From NCBI GenBank assembly GCA_964016885.1, contig OZ024740.1, forward strand, positions 192,944,001 through 193,008,000: 64,000 nt of DNA, given 5' to 3'. The DNA comes from Eledone cirrhosa. Taxonomy: Eukaryota. Position numbers and translations under genes: made by a program. The notes under the pieces were generated by a model. It was not told the origin of the DNA. It searched no databases and saw nothing but the letters and a program-made list of their open reading frames with translations. How positions within the stretch are numbered: the first letter of the stretch is position 1; each line of letters opens with the position of its first letter. This document shows, piece by piece, positions 11,510 to 23,523 of the stretch.

Positions 11510-14500
11510 TGTTTCTTTATTAGCCAGAGGGGCACAAATCAAGGGGGCAAATACAAAGGGGGAAGTTTACATACAATAAAAACGTGTAAAATAATATCAC
11601 AAATGCAATTTAAAAATTAGTCGATTTTCCCCAATAAGGGGAGACATTACATATGGGTAACACATACCCCCGAAAAAAAATATGCACCCCTCATCTCCAG
11701 GAGTACGAAGAGTTTGTACCCCTTTTCTCTCCTCCTCTTTTTCTTCAACCTACATGCTGATATAGAGAGAAGGCCCATTCACTCGGGCTATTCTCGCCAC
11801 TTTCACCCACCTTTCATAAAACTTGCTGGGGTACAGTACCTCTCTCTCCATCCTGATTCTTCTTCCAGAGTGGTATTAGAAAAAAAGAATCAGTTGTCCG
11901 CCGGAGAGAAAGGTGTCTGACCTCAGCCGTTTCAACCTTGTCTACCATACAACCTCTTTCGCCATAGCTATCACACAAAGGAAAACCGACTCTCCTTCGT
12001 TTTTGAAGGAGGGTGGGGGTTTGATCATGACAATGGACTCGGCGGTCAACCGGATTGGTCCCACCCGCGACAATAGTCGTTCTACATAGCCCCACAGGTC
12101 GGTAACGCCCGAGCAGTGTATGAATGCGTGCGTGACGGTTTCTTCGTCTCGCACGCACCTCGGACAGATCTTTTTTGCAGGGTCTCTGCCCGGGCGGCCA
12201 TTTTCTGTAGAGCTTGTCTCGAACTGGTAGAGCTCCTCGGTAGCACAGCCAGGCCAGGTACTTTTGAAAGTTGTCCATCGGTACCGGGCGGAAGGTCCTA
12301 CCGAACAGACTGGCCAGTTCGTCTTCCTCTACGCCTAGAGTTTCACCGAGCGCGTCGTCGCACTTGCTACGGTTCAACCCTCTATAGAATGACGAAGTGG
12401 AGCCTCCACTGATCGCCGGGGCCGCCTGCCAGAGTGCTGTGAGCGCCTGAGCACATTCGATGTGGCAGTCGCCCATTTTCCTCGGTCTTTGCTTGACTCA
12501 GGACTGCAGCTCGGTCAGCGAGACGAGACGTGGGAAGGCTCGCTTCACGAACGGGGCCCACACCGGTTCTCCGGTGAGGAATACGTAGAGATGCCGCAGC
12601 CTGAGCGCGTGTTTGCGCATCGTTAGTCACGGCATCCCCAGCCCTCCGTTTGAAGGATGTTGGCAGAAGATGGATGTTCTCAACAAAGGAGCCCGCCTCT
12701 TCCAAAGGAATTGGAAGAGCGCGCGCTCCATTTTGGTGAGCGTTTTGGCTGGACAAGGCACGACGGTCAAGCGGTAGTAGATGGCGTACGCTATAAAATT
12801 TTCGCCACCTCCGCTCGAACTTTCAGGGAAAGTTTTCACTCGGCCCACTTCTGGGTGAGTGCAAACACCTTGGCCGTCACCTCGTTCCAGTTCTTCTCCA
12901 CCTGGGTATCCGTACCAGCCCAGACCCCGAGGAGCTTTACCGGTCCTTCCGTCCAGCGTCGTACGACACCATCGGAAGGCATCGGTTTGCCTCTCCACGA
13001 TCCGAGTTGCAAACCGATGGATTTGTCCCGGTTCAGCTTCGCTCCTGTGAACCTTTCGTATTCCTTTAGTAAGGTGCCCACTTCCTCGATTTTCGAGGTG
13101 CTCAACACAATTACTGTCACGTCATCGGCGTAGGCCGACGCCGCTTTCTGCAGTCCCGGTTCCAGAGGGATGCCCTGCAATAGCTCAAAATTTCGCAGTA
13201 GTGGCTCGAGATCCAGTACGTTCAGAAGGGAGGAGAGAGGGCATCCCTGTCGGATGGATCGCGTGATATGGAACGGCTCCGAGAGGTAGCCGTTCACCTT
13301 GACCCTTGAGCAGATGTTGCTGCTATGCATTGCAGAAATCCAACCCCTGAACTCAGGTTCGAAGCCTGCCGCCTCGAGCACCGCATCCAGGTAACGATAG
13401 TCAACCCTATCGAAAGCCTTAGACTGATCCCAGTTAAACAGGGCCCCACCAAAGTCGGGTTTACACTCTACCATCTCTATGATGTATCGCTGGTCGGGTT
13501 TGCGCATGTCTGCGCATCTCCCACCAGGTTTTCGACGACAAGCGCCAGCCTCTTTGCCAACACCTTCGCCAAAATCTGTAACTCTGTGTTTAGCAAAGTT
13601 ATGGGCCGGAAGTTGCCTATGTCATCCCCCTTATTCTCGTCCTTCCTGACTAGTGTGACTACGCCCCCGGTCTCAGAACTGGGAATACTCCCTTCTGCTG
13701 CCAGTTACAGTAGACCGCTTCCAGGAGACCGGAGAATAAGTCCGGCATTGCTACGTAAAATTCGTAGGGTAGACCGTCGAGACCTGGAGATTTGCGTTTG
13801 CCGCATTGTCTCAGCGCGTCCCCTATCTCAGCGGCTGAAATCGGCTTTTCTCAGAACTTCGCCTCGTGTCCGAAAGTCGCGGTAGGCCGTCAAGGTATTG
13901 ACCGAAATCCATAGCCCCTCCCGGCGCGCGCTCCAGCGCGAACAGTTGAGCAGAGTGCCGCTGAAAGGCCGCACAATCTGCTTCGACTCACGTATCACCC
14001 GTCCGTCTTGGTCCTTCAAAGACCGAATCGTGGACTTGTTGCCACTTTTTGCCTCCATCACTCGGGCCCAGCTAACAGCTTTGGCTTCCTCGTTTCCCAG
14101 AGCACGTATTGTGCTTCTGACAACGCAGCCCTCGTGCTTTGCCTCGAAGAACTGGTCCAAGGCCGTTCTCGTTGCTAGCACTCTGGCTACGTTGCCACTT
14201 CTAATTGCCTCTTCTATTTATCTACCAGTTTCTTCTCGGTTCTGTTTCTATCTAACGCTAATTTTTACTAAAAACTAACGAGTCTAATCTAATTGCCCTC
14301 TTGAGAGAGTACCACCATCTGTTGTTGACAATGACCCCTGTCAAGTGCTGTTTAACTAAAGTGCTAATCCGTCTACTGTAGGCTTTGCATGTCGGTAACC
14401 ACAAGTTCAGCTTCCAGTAGCCGGGTCCTTGTCTATGGGCTCTATCAAGATTAACCAAGCAGGTCAATAGTTTGTGATCTGAATAGGCAACCATGAACAT

Positions 14501-14578
14501 TTCTGGACAGCTTAACATGTCCCTATCCTTATTTCTAATTAGAACCCTATCTAGGTACGATCTAGATGTTCCGCTGCG
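11510..14578 (-). mobile_element. L1/Tx1-clade LINE, 5'-truncated (subfamily alpha)
   Basis: End of the APE domain (SYLDR..YSDHK..GYWKLN), RT (DQSKAFDRV, RQGCPLS, AYADD) and the C-terminal region, all frameshifted. (GATA)n lies at both ends. Confidence 0.92.
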
Positions 14579-14605
14579 ATAGATAGATAGATACATACAT
14601 ACATT

Positions 14606-15380
<775 letters not shown>

Positions 15381-15919
15381 CCCGAAGAATAACTACACCA
15401 AACTATTTATGCTGCTAGCATATATTATCATTGCTTTTTAATTGGTTCTAGTTATGTTATGTATTGTTTTTACGGATGTCTAACTACATAAAGTACGGAA
15501 TAAATATTTATCTGATTCCCATAAAGCATATGTTGTATTAGAACGTTAAAGAATCATTCTGTTAACGTTGGTCTAAATAATATATTGAGTTTAGCTGCAT
15601 CATGTTTATCAAACTAATAATTAATATTGTAATCCTGAATGAATCTGCAATAGCATTGCTGGATAACATACTTTAATATGAAATTATGTAACAGTTTATT
15701 TCTTTATCCATGCTCAGTGACGTCTCTGCCGATTCATGCAATATCTAATAAAATTGCATGCTGACAAATGTTCCATCGCTGAACAGCATAATGCCTTGTT
15801 AACGATGCAATATATATATATTTTCCCATACCTTACGTTAAATATTTTCCATTTTGACGTTATAGTCACTTATATATTATGAAATACTCTTGGCTTCTTG
15901 CTCACATTAATTTCTCTAT

Positions 15920-15963
<44 letters not shown>

Positions 15964-15965
15964 CT

Positions 15966-17213
15966 TACATGTATCAAAGTTCTGTTCAAACCATTTATTA
16001 GCTTACAATTGTTTCGTCCAAACCGAGGTTTGGAGTATTGCGAGCAATTTTTCAATGATTGATTACATACATGACCTCCTTTCCAACACAAGAGACATAC
16101 AGATACATATGTATATATCGATGCACAGTAGGGTGACATCCATTATAATATTTTTGCATGGTAATTTAAATTCAAAAATTAAAATCATATTAAAACAAAA
16201 TTAAAGTCAAAATACAACATTGGCAGTTTACGAAGATAATGCAAGAGGATAGTTTGTTAGTCAGTTGAAGTAGTTAGTGCATGCAATAGTTACACGTGGG
16301 GCATGCACGTGTATCTTATTTATATAAGATTATTGTGCGGCAAGGTGTTATATGCAATACAAGCACTTTAAGCGAGTAAACAAGAGTATTATGGAGGTTG
16401 TATTGGTAAAGTATTTTTTGTGTATTATAAAGAAGCTTGTGTCCAGAGAAATATTATAAATGAGTAGCAAAATAATGTTATGGTTTTTGTATACACCACC
16501 ATTTTCACAATCCAGGAGACGTAATATATAGTTTATATGTCCTTCACATAATTAACGATGATTCAGTATTGGTTGTTTGATGTATTAAGTTAAATTATTA
16601 CAGCTTGTTGCGGCTCAGTGTTCTTTAATCCAATTTTATAGAGCAGGTTGTTTTTGTTGCGAGAATTTACATCGTTTTATTTTCCGGAAGTATGTTAATG
16701 AGAGGTAACTAGCTGATTTATATAACTAAATTTATTATACACAAAAAATACTTTACCACTACAACCTCCATAATACTCTTGTTTACCCGCTTAAAGTGCT
16801 TGTATTGCATATAACACCTTGCCGCACAATAATCTTATATAAATAAGACACGTGCATGCCCCACGTGTAACTATTGCATGCACTAACTACTTCAACTGAC
16901 TAAAAAACTATCCTCTTGCATTATCTTCGTAAACTGCCAATGTTGTATTTTAACTTTAATTTTGTATTTTAACTTTAATTTTGTTTTAATATGATTTTAA
17001 TTTTTGAATTTAAACTGCCATGCAAAAATATTATAATGGATGTCACCCCACTGTGCATCGATATATAAATATGTATCTGTATGTCTCTTGTGTTGAAAAG
17101 GAGGTCATGTATGTAATCAATCATTGAAAAATTGCTCGGAAGACTCCAAACCTTGGTTTGGACGAAACAATTGTGAGCTATTAAATGGTTTGAACAGAAC
17201 TTTGATTCATGTG
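15966..17213. repeat. Non-coding inverted repeat (~470-bp arms, ~300-bp spacer) with a degenerate HHR in each arm
   Basis: 15966-~16430 is the reverse complement of ~16732-17213. An HHR-like gct-CGGAAGA-ctccaaaccttggtttggac-GAAAC-aatt-GTG-agc lies at 17134-17178, with a counterpart at ~16001-16046. Confidence 0.85.
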
Positions 17214-17699
17214 ATTTCTATATAACTGCTCTGTAGAATAACTGATGTTATTACATTGAGCTATTTATCTTACTGGTAATAAGGTAGTAATAAATTACTG
17301 TCTTTCACTGTTTAGGGTTTAAAATATATATAACTATAACAAGTTTTAGCATATACATAACCATAAATAGTATCCTTAATACTATATATATATATATATA
17401 TATATACACGGCTCAAGAGTAACCAATCTTAAAGAGAGATGGTGATAGGAGAGGAGAAGAGAGATTGGTGAATTTGTTAGAAGCCAAAAGCGTAAAGGCA
17501 TGTGCTCAATGTGCAATATGCAGTGGAAGGCAGCTAGATGGCTGGGTTCATGCAGAGATTAGGTGCACAGAGCTGGAAATATTCATTAGTTAAGCAAAAC
17601 AAGACCACAAATTTCACAAGGAAGACGTTATTTAAAGAGTGTCAACATAGTTGCAGTTTAATGTAAGAAATAAGGAGTGTAATTATAGTTTAATGTAAG

Positions 17700-17730
<31 letters not shown>

Positions 17731-17787
17731 TGTTTCTACTTTAAGCACAAGGCCAGAAATTACCCAGTGCAAATAATAATAATGTCC

Positions 17788-17884
17788 GTTTACAATTGTT
17801 TCGCTACTCCATATAATGTTTCTGGATCAATTGATTATAGATCATTATTGATTAGGTAAAATTTATGGAGCGGCTCTTCAGAAC
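17788..17884 (-). ncRNA. Hammerhead ribozyme with expanded stem II
   Basis: Minus-strand copy of 18007-18128 with a shorter insert. Confidence 0.65.
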
Positions 17885-18006
17885 TTCAAAAGGGATGATT
17901 TAATTATTGATATATTCTTATATATATATTGATGTATTCTTATATAACTATTGATATATTCTTATTCCATCGTATCTTTAGCAATATTTTCATTATCTCT
18001 TTTGAA

Positions 18007-18128
18007 GTTCTGAAGAGCCGCTCCATAATTTTTACCTAAGTTACTTATCTTCATCTGAACCAGATCAATAATGATCTATAATCAATTGATCCAGAAAGAA
18101 TATATGGAGTAGCGAAACAATTGTAAAC
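18007..18128 (+). ncRNA. Hammerhead ribozyme with ~75-nt stem-II insertion
   Basis: gtt-CTGAAGA-gccgctccata..[75 nt]..tatggagtagc-GAAAC-aatt-GTA-aac. Confidence 0.7.
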
Positions 18129-18177
18129 GGACATTATTATTATTATTATTATTCAAATTATTATTATTATTATTACT

Positions 18178-18270
18178 ATTCAAATCCCGCCGAGGTTGAC
18201 TTTGCCTTTCATCCTTACGGGGTCGATAAAATAAAGTACCAGTAATGCACTGGGTTATTGCTGGCCTTTC
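18178..18270 (+). mobile_element. SINE 3' fragment
   Basis: ttcaaatcccgccgaggttgactttgcctttcatccttacggggtcgataaaataaagtaccag. Confidence 0.85.
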
Positions 18271-18472
18271 GGATTTCGCATCCATCAACTGGGGCTTTTC
18301 CGCACACGATAATCAACAGAGACCACATGTTGTTTAAAACCTTTTCTCCTCGGAAAACCAGAAGTTGATGGATGCGAAATACGAAATATAGGGACAATTA
18401 AATCACTTCCAAGGTAACTCTGTGATGGAAGACGTTTCTGCATTGGACTCCTCAGCGGAGTTTGGAGAGAGA

Positions 18473-18537
<65 letters not shown>

Positions 18538-18564
18538 AGTTATAATATATATTATATTATTATT

Positions 18565-19420
18565 GGTGGAATGGCGGTATCGGTAGAGTGTCGGATAACA
18601 TGATTTGCGACATAATGTTTATGGTCATTTCCGTTTGTGAAATCAAATCTCGCCGAGGTTAACTCTGCCTTTCATCTTTACAGGTTCGATAAAATAAAGT
18701 ACCAATAATGCACTGGGCTCGATTTAATCGACTACCCCCCCCCCCCAAAAAAAATAAAAAATTGCTGGCCTTGTACCTAAAGTAGAAACAATTATTACTA
18801 TTATCATATAAGGGCGGTGGATTGGTAGTATTGGTAGAGAGTCGGACGCCATGCTTTCCAGCATAGTTACGTCCCTTTACGATCTGAGTTCAAATCCCGC
18901 CGAGGTTGACTTTCCCTTTCATCCTTACGGGGTCGATAAAATAAAGTACCAGTAATGCACTGGGTAATTGCTGGCCTTGTGCCTAAAGTAGAAACAATTA
19001 TCATATAAGGGCAGTGTTTTGGCAGTATCGGTAGAGGGTCATATACTATGCTTTGCAGCATAGAGTTATGGCACTTCACGTTCTGACTTCAAATCACGCC
19101 GAGGTTAACTTTGCCTTTCATCCTTACGGGGACGATAAAATAAAGTACCAGTCACGCACTGGGGTAGATTTAATCGACTTTCCTCTCCGCTAAAATTGCT
19201 GGCCTTGTGCCTTATAAGAAACAATTATTAGATGATGGATTGGCAATGTCGGTAGAGGGTCGGACGCCATGCTTTGACGCATAGAGTTACGGCCCTTGCC
19301 ATTCTGTGTTCTAATCCCGCCGAGAATAACTTTGCCTTTCATCCTTACGGGGTCGATAAAATAAAGTACCAGTAATGTACTAAAATTGCTGGCCTTGTGC
19401 CAAATGTAGAAACAATTATT
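18565..19420 (+). mobile_element. Four head-to-tail SINE copies
   Basis: Units at ~18565-18800, 18812-19000, 19008-19228 and 19235-19420 each have an A-box-like ggcagtatcggtagag, a B-box-like gttcaaatc, the core, and a gtagaaacaattatta tail. Confidence 0.9.
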
Positions 19421-19845
19421 AGATTGCATCTGCTGGTATAAAATTGTTGATTCAAAACCATATAAAATGCGTTACTCATACCCATGTTTAAAAATAGAGT
19501 ATGTATATTTATTACTATTACGATGCCTTGGTGGCTACGTGTGTGTAAGCGAGTGGAAAGAATTTAGAAACTTTAAACTGAAAATAGAAAGATTATCGAC
19601 TGAATATTTATGTTTAAATTTTATCCCGATTTGCTCTTTGTGAATCATAAAAGATGTCTGTTCCAGGTCTATATATTACAATGACAGCAGAACAACAGAA
19701 CCTCTAGAAATAACTTCTGAGAAGTTTGCCGTAAAACGAACGACCACAAATTTAACATTCCATATTCAAACTGATATGTTGTCACTGCAATAAATGATTG
19801 AAAAGATCCTTCATCTTATGTGTAAGAACTATTATTAGCTGCCAG

Positions 19846-19958
19846 AGTTCAAATCCGGCCGAGGTTAACTTTGCCTTTCATTCTTACTGGGTCGATAAAA
19901 TAAAGTACCAGTAATGCACTGAATAATTGCTGGCCTTTTGCCAAAATAGAAACAATTA
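19846..19958 (+). mobile_element. SINE 3' fragment
   Basis: Same core. attattagctgccag precedes it and attactagctgccag follows it, a possible target-site duplication. Confidence 0.8.
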
Positions 19959-20569
19959 CTAGCTGCCAGAAAATATGTGGAGATATTTTTCAAAATATCC
20001 AAATCTCTTTCAATATCAATAATGGCTTCTGTTTCTTGTATCATAGAATTAGTATAGAGGCCAGGAAGAAGAAGAGTGTTTTTAAACATGATAGAAATGA
20101 AAGTGAATAAGCTAACGCGTTGAAAGGTAGATAGATTTCATAGTAATAATAATTATTATTATTCCAATGCGAATAGAAATAAGTGTTTTGAACGAGTCAA
20201 AGATTAACATGTCATTTGGAATAGCTGACACCACTCACCGGAAATGTCATCAAAATACGACAAAAATGTAATTATTTTTATCTTCTACACAGTTCCAAAA
20301 ATCGAACAATCTAACGTCATTTCCAGAAATTTTATATGGGCGTAGGTGAAGATAAAATAGTAGGTAAAAACAATTAAAAAAGTATTACCATTTTTACAAT
20401 GGTATGGTATTATATATGAATCTATATTTTAGTTACATTTGCATTTTTCGTTTCTTTGAACAAATATTTTGATCTCTTTCCCAACGTTTGCTTTCTTCTT
20501 ACGGTCCATCAAAACCTTATAAACTTAATAATTTTGATGTGAATTTAATAGACCGTAGGCTTTCACGGA

Positions 20570-20740
20570 ATTGGCTGAGTCGTTCCTACGTCTGATTAAA
20601 AATGACTGGGTATTAGTTCGAACTCAATACGCTTTACGTTCAAATCCCGCCAAAGTCAATTTTGCCTGTCATAATTTGGGGGTCGATAAATATATTACCA
20701 CCGAAGTACCGTGGTTGATAATTTCTACCTATCAATCTTT
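20570..20740 (+). mobile_element. Older, diverged SINE of the same superfamily
   Basis: gttcaaatcccgccaaagtcaattttgcctgtcataatttgggggtcgataaa. Confidence 0.6.
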
Positions 20741-21741
20741 CCCTCCTTCCTTCCTGGTTAATACGCACTAGTAAAGTGCAGTAGGGTTTGAAGACGAATA
20801 CAATGACAGGAATATATATTAGAAATATAGATATTACAGTTGATACATGACCGAATTTGAATACATTCTGAATTTGAATCATTGTAAATCTCATATACTC
20901 TCCTATACTTATTATTATAAAATATAATATTCAGGAAGTTCTCTCCCTTCCAAATAATTGAAAACAAGCATTGGGAATGAAACATATAAAGTATAAATAC
21001 TTTCAACAATGATAATTATTACATACTGTTATAAGTTATAATGATAATCCAACTGTTATAAGGTGTTATAATTCAAGAAATTTAATTAACTGTAATTTTG
21101 TTATTGTTATAATGTAAGGAGTCTAAATCAAGTGAAGTTTAACTAATCTAATGAAAGAATAAATCTAATCTAGAAAAGTCACACGTCCTTAGCTTCTGAC
21201 GCAGCCTCAGTTTTCTAATTTAATTCATTTTCAATACAACCATAATCTTCCTGCTAAGTACACTGACGTTAGTTATTGTCATTTCCTTCTTGGTACGTAT
21301 CATTATAGTGTGTATAGTCTATTTCTTTTAGTTGGCTGACTTAGTTAAGATGCTTCTCACATTGGACTCTTCCGTTCTTTATTTTTCTGAGATAATAGTG
21401 GGTACATGGACCTCCGTTGGCTTCGTCGATATATGTATAGTTGTTCGATACCAGCCCATGCTTCGCTGAATGCCAGGCTGAAGAGGGCAAACCGTTCAAG
21501 TATCGGCCGCTCTCTGATAGGTTTGCGGTTGAGACAAGCTCTGATATCCTAACTTATTAGCATCAAGTTGATCTTACACAGTGAAACCGCAATCGAGATA
21601 TTTGAGGTAAGAAGGTAACTTTTATCTCGCTTGCTTTTCCCATTCTTATTAGAATATATTAAGTTGATATTACACGGCAAAACCAAGATCGCTTGCTTCT
21701 CTCACTTATGAATTCATATACATACGTACACCCACCCACCC

Positions 21742-21823
<82 letters not shown>

Positions 21824-21849
21824 GATATATGACATACCCTGAGATGTTA

Positions 21850-21897
21850 AATGGTTAAGATTTAATCAAGGTACTACCTTGATTAAATATTAACCAT

Positions 21898-21898
<1 letters not shown>
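21850..21898. repeat. Short near-perfect palindrome between (TA)n tracts
   Basis: aatggttaagatttaatcaaggta-c-taccttgattaaatattaaccatt. Confidence 0.85.
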
Positions 21899-21928
<30 letters not shown>

Positions 21929-21967
21929 GGTTGGTTGGTTCCACAACCAGATGATTGTTCATATATT

Positions 21968-22009
21968 GTCAAAGTTCTTTCGTCACACATCTGTGACCTC
22001 TTCAGTGAC
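21968..22009 (-). ncRNA. Hammerhead ribozyme (type I minimal)
   Basis: Minus strand: gtca-CTGAAGA-ggtcacagatgtgtgac-GAAAG-aa-CTT-tgac. Confidence 0.75.
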
Positions 22010-22615
22010 TGGGGATGCTTTTCTTTGTTTTTGTGCCTCTCCTTTGTTCTGTCCTACGCCATCTTGTTTCTGTGTGTGTTGTATGCTTAGTTTGCGCATG
22101 TGTTATATCCTGGTGTCTGTGTGTATTTATATTTATTTATTTATTTGTTTATATATATGTTACTGGTTGGTTATTTGTTCTATGTGTATGTGTGTTTTCA
22201 TTTTGTCCTTAATTGTAAGTTGTGATGTTGCTGTTCCATTCATGTTTTCTATTTAATTTTGGTTGGAGTTCATTTATGTTTATTGCCTCTGTGATTTGTC
22301 TAAACATTGCGTCTTTTCTGTGTGTAGATTCTATTTTTATTTCTATTTCTATTTCTATTTCTATTTCTAACCAAAATTAAATAGAAAACATGAATGGAAC
22401 AGCAACATCACAACTTACAATTAAGGACAAAATGAAAACACACATAGAACAAACAACCAACCAGTATAATGTAAATAAACAAATAAATAAACAGATATAA
22501 ACACACAGACACCCGGATGTAACACATGCACAAACCAAGCACACAACACATACAAAAACAAGATGGCGTAGGACAGAACAAAGGAGAGGCACAAAAACAA
22601 AGAAAATAATCCCCA

Positions 22616-22658
22616 GTCACTGAAGAGGTCACATAATGTCTGACGAAAGAACTTTGAC
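22616..22658 (+). ncRNA. Hammerhead ribozyme (type I minimal)
   Basis: gtca-CTGAAGA-ggtcacataatgtctgac-GAAAG-aa-CTT-tgac. Confidence 0.75.
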
Positions 22659-22874
22659 AATATATGAACAATCATCTGGTTGTGGAACCAACCAACCAAC
22701 TGGACATTTATAAATTCCTAAATTTATAAATTTAATTTATAATAAATTGGAGTGAAAGCAATGGTGCGTGTGTTTCTTATTGGCAACATGACCCTCCCAA
22801 AGTATAACAATATCGGTTTCAACACACGTTTTCAGATAAAGAATAAATAATCTTGCTAAACAAATTCAGAAACG

Positions 22875-22918
<44 letters not shown>

Positions 22919-22920
22919 TT

Positions 22921-23203
22921 CAAAGAATAGAGGTGTAACACACGAGTTGTGATATATTGGTAAAAGGAAAAGAAAATGCTGACAAATTGTTCCCAGTGAA
23001 AAATAGTTTAATTAGGAATAAGTATTGGTTAGTATTCATCACGGACGCTCTATCTCAAATTTGAAAAGCATTAGAAATGCGCAACCGGTAAAAACTTAAA
23101 ACTAAAACTGAATACTAACCAATACTTATTACTAATTTTTGCTTATTCCTAATTAAACTATTTTTCACTGGGAACAATTTGTCAGCATTTTCTTTTCCTT
23201 TTA

Positions 23204-23210
<7 letters not shown>
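22921..23210. mobile_element. Solo PLE terminal fold-back (same family as 57506-60565) with HHR-like motif at ~23058-23093
   Basis: ~22954-23038 is inverted with ~23109-23210. It contains TTGAAAA-gcatt aga aatgc-GCAAC-cg-GTA. Confidence 0.75.
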
Positions 23211-23246
<36 letters not shown>

Positions 23247-23254
<8 letters not shown>

Positions 23255-23338
23255 AAGGTTTAGCAAATAATGAAAAAGTTTCAAAATAAATTTTAAAAAA
23301 TTGAAACTTTTTCATTATTTGCTAAACCTTGTTTATAT
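23247..23338. repeat. AT-rich hairpin
   Basis: aaacaaggtttagcaaataatgaaaaagtttcaa pairs with ttgaaactttttcattattttgctaaaccttgttt. Confidence 0.85.
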
Positions 23339-23448
23339 TTGTTCTGGCTCGTTAATTTATTAACCCGCCATTGAATCACACTGGCATTTGGTTGGACAAT
23401 ACATGCGTACCTTAGCGCCTTGTGCGTGAAGGAACACATATCCTATTA

Positions 23449-23523
<75 letters not shown>

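Larger units (their letters stand above)
17408..18150. mobile_element. Solo PLE pseudo-LTR with internal fold-back (related to the 41288-47265 family)
   Basis: 17408-17700 matches 41290-41570. ~17772-17900 and ~17993-18150 are inverted copies. Confidence 0.8.
21929..22700. repeat. Non-coding inverted repeat (~330-bp arms) carrying HHRs; probable PLE pseudo-LTR fold-back
   Basis: 21929-22264 is the reverse complement of ~22369-22699, which is why mirrored ORFs appear in the track. Confidence 0.9.

Noticed and set aside
18565-19420. Regularly spaced repeats resembling a CRISPR array or tRNA cluster
   Set aside because: The units are ~200-bp SINEs with no unique spacers and no complete cloverleaf, and the context is eukaryotic.
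21476-21600. ctgaaga..gaaac as a possible HHR
   Set aside because: I could not build consistent stems II/III or a UH site.
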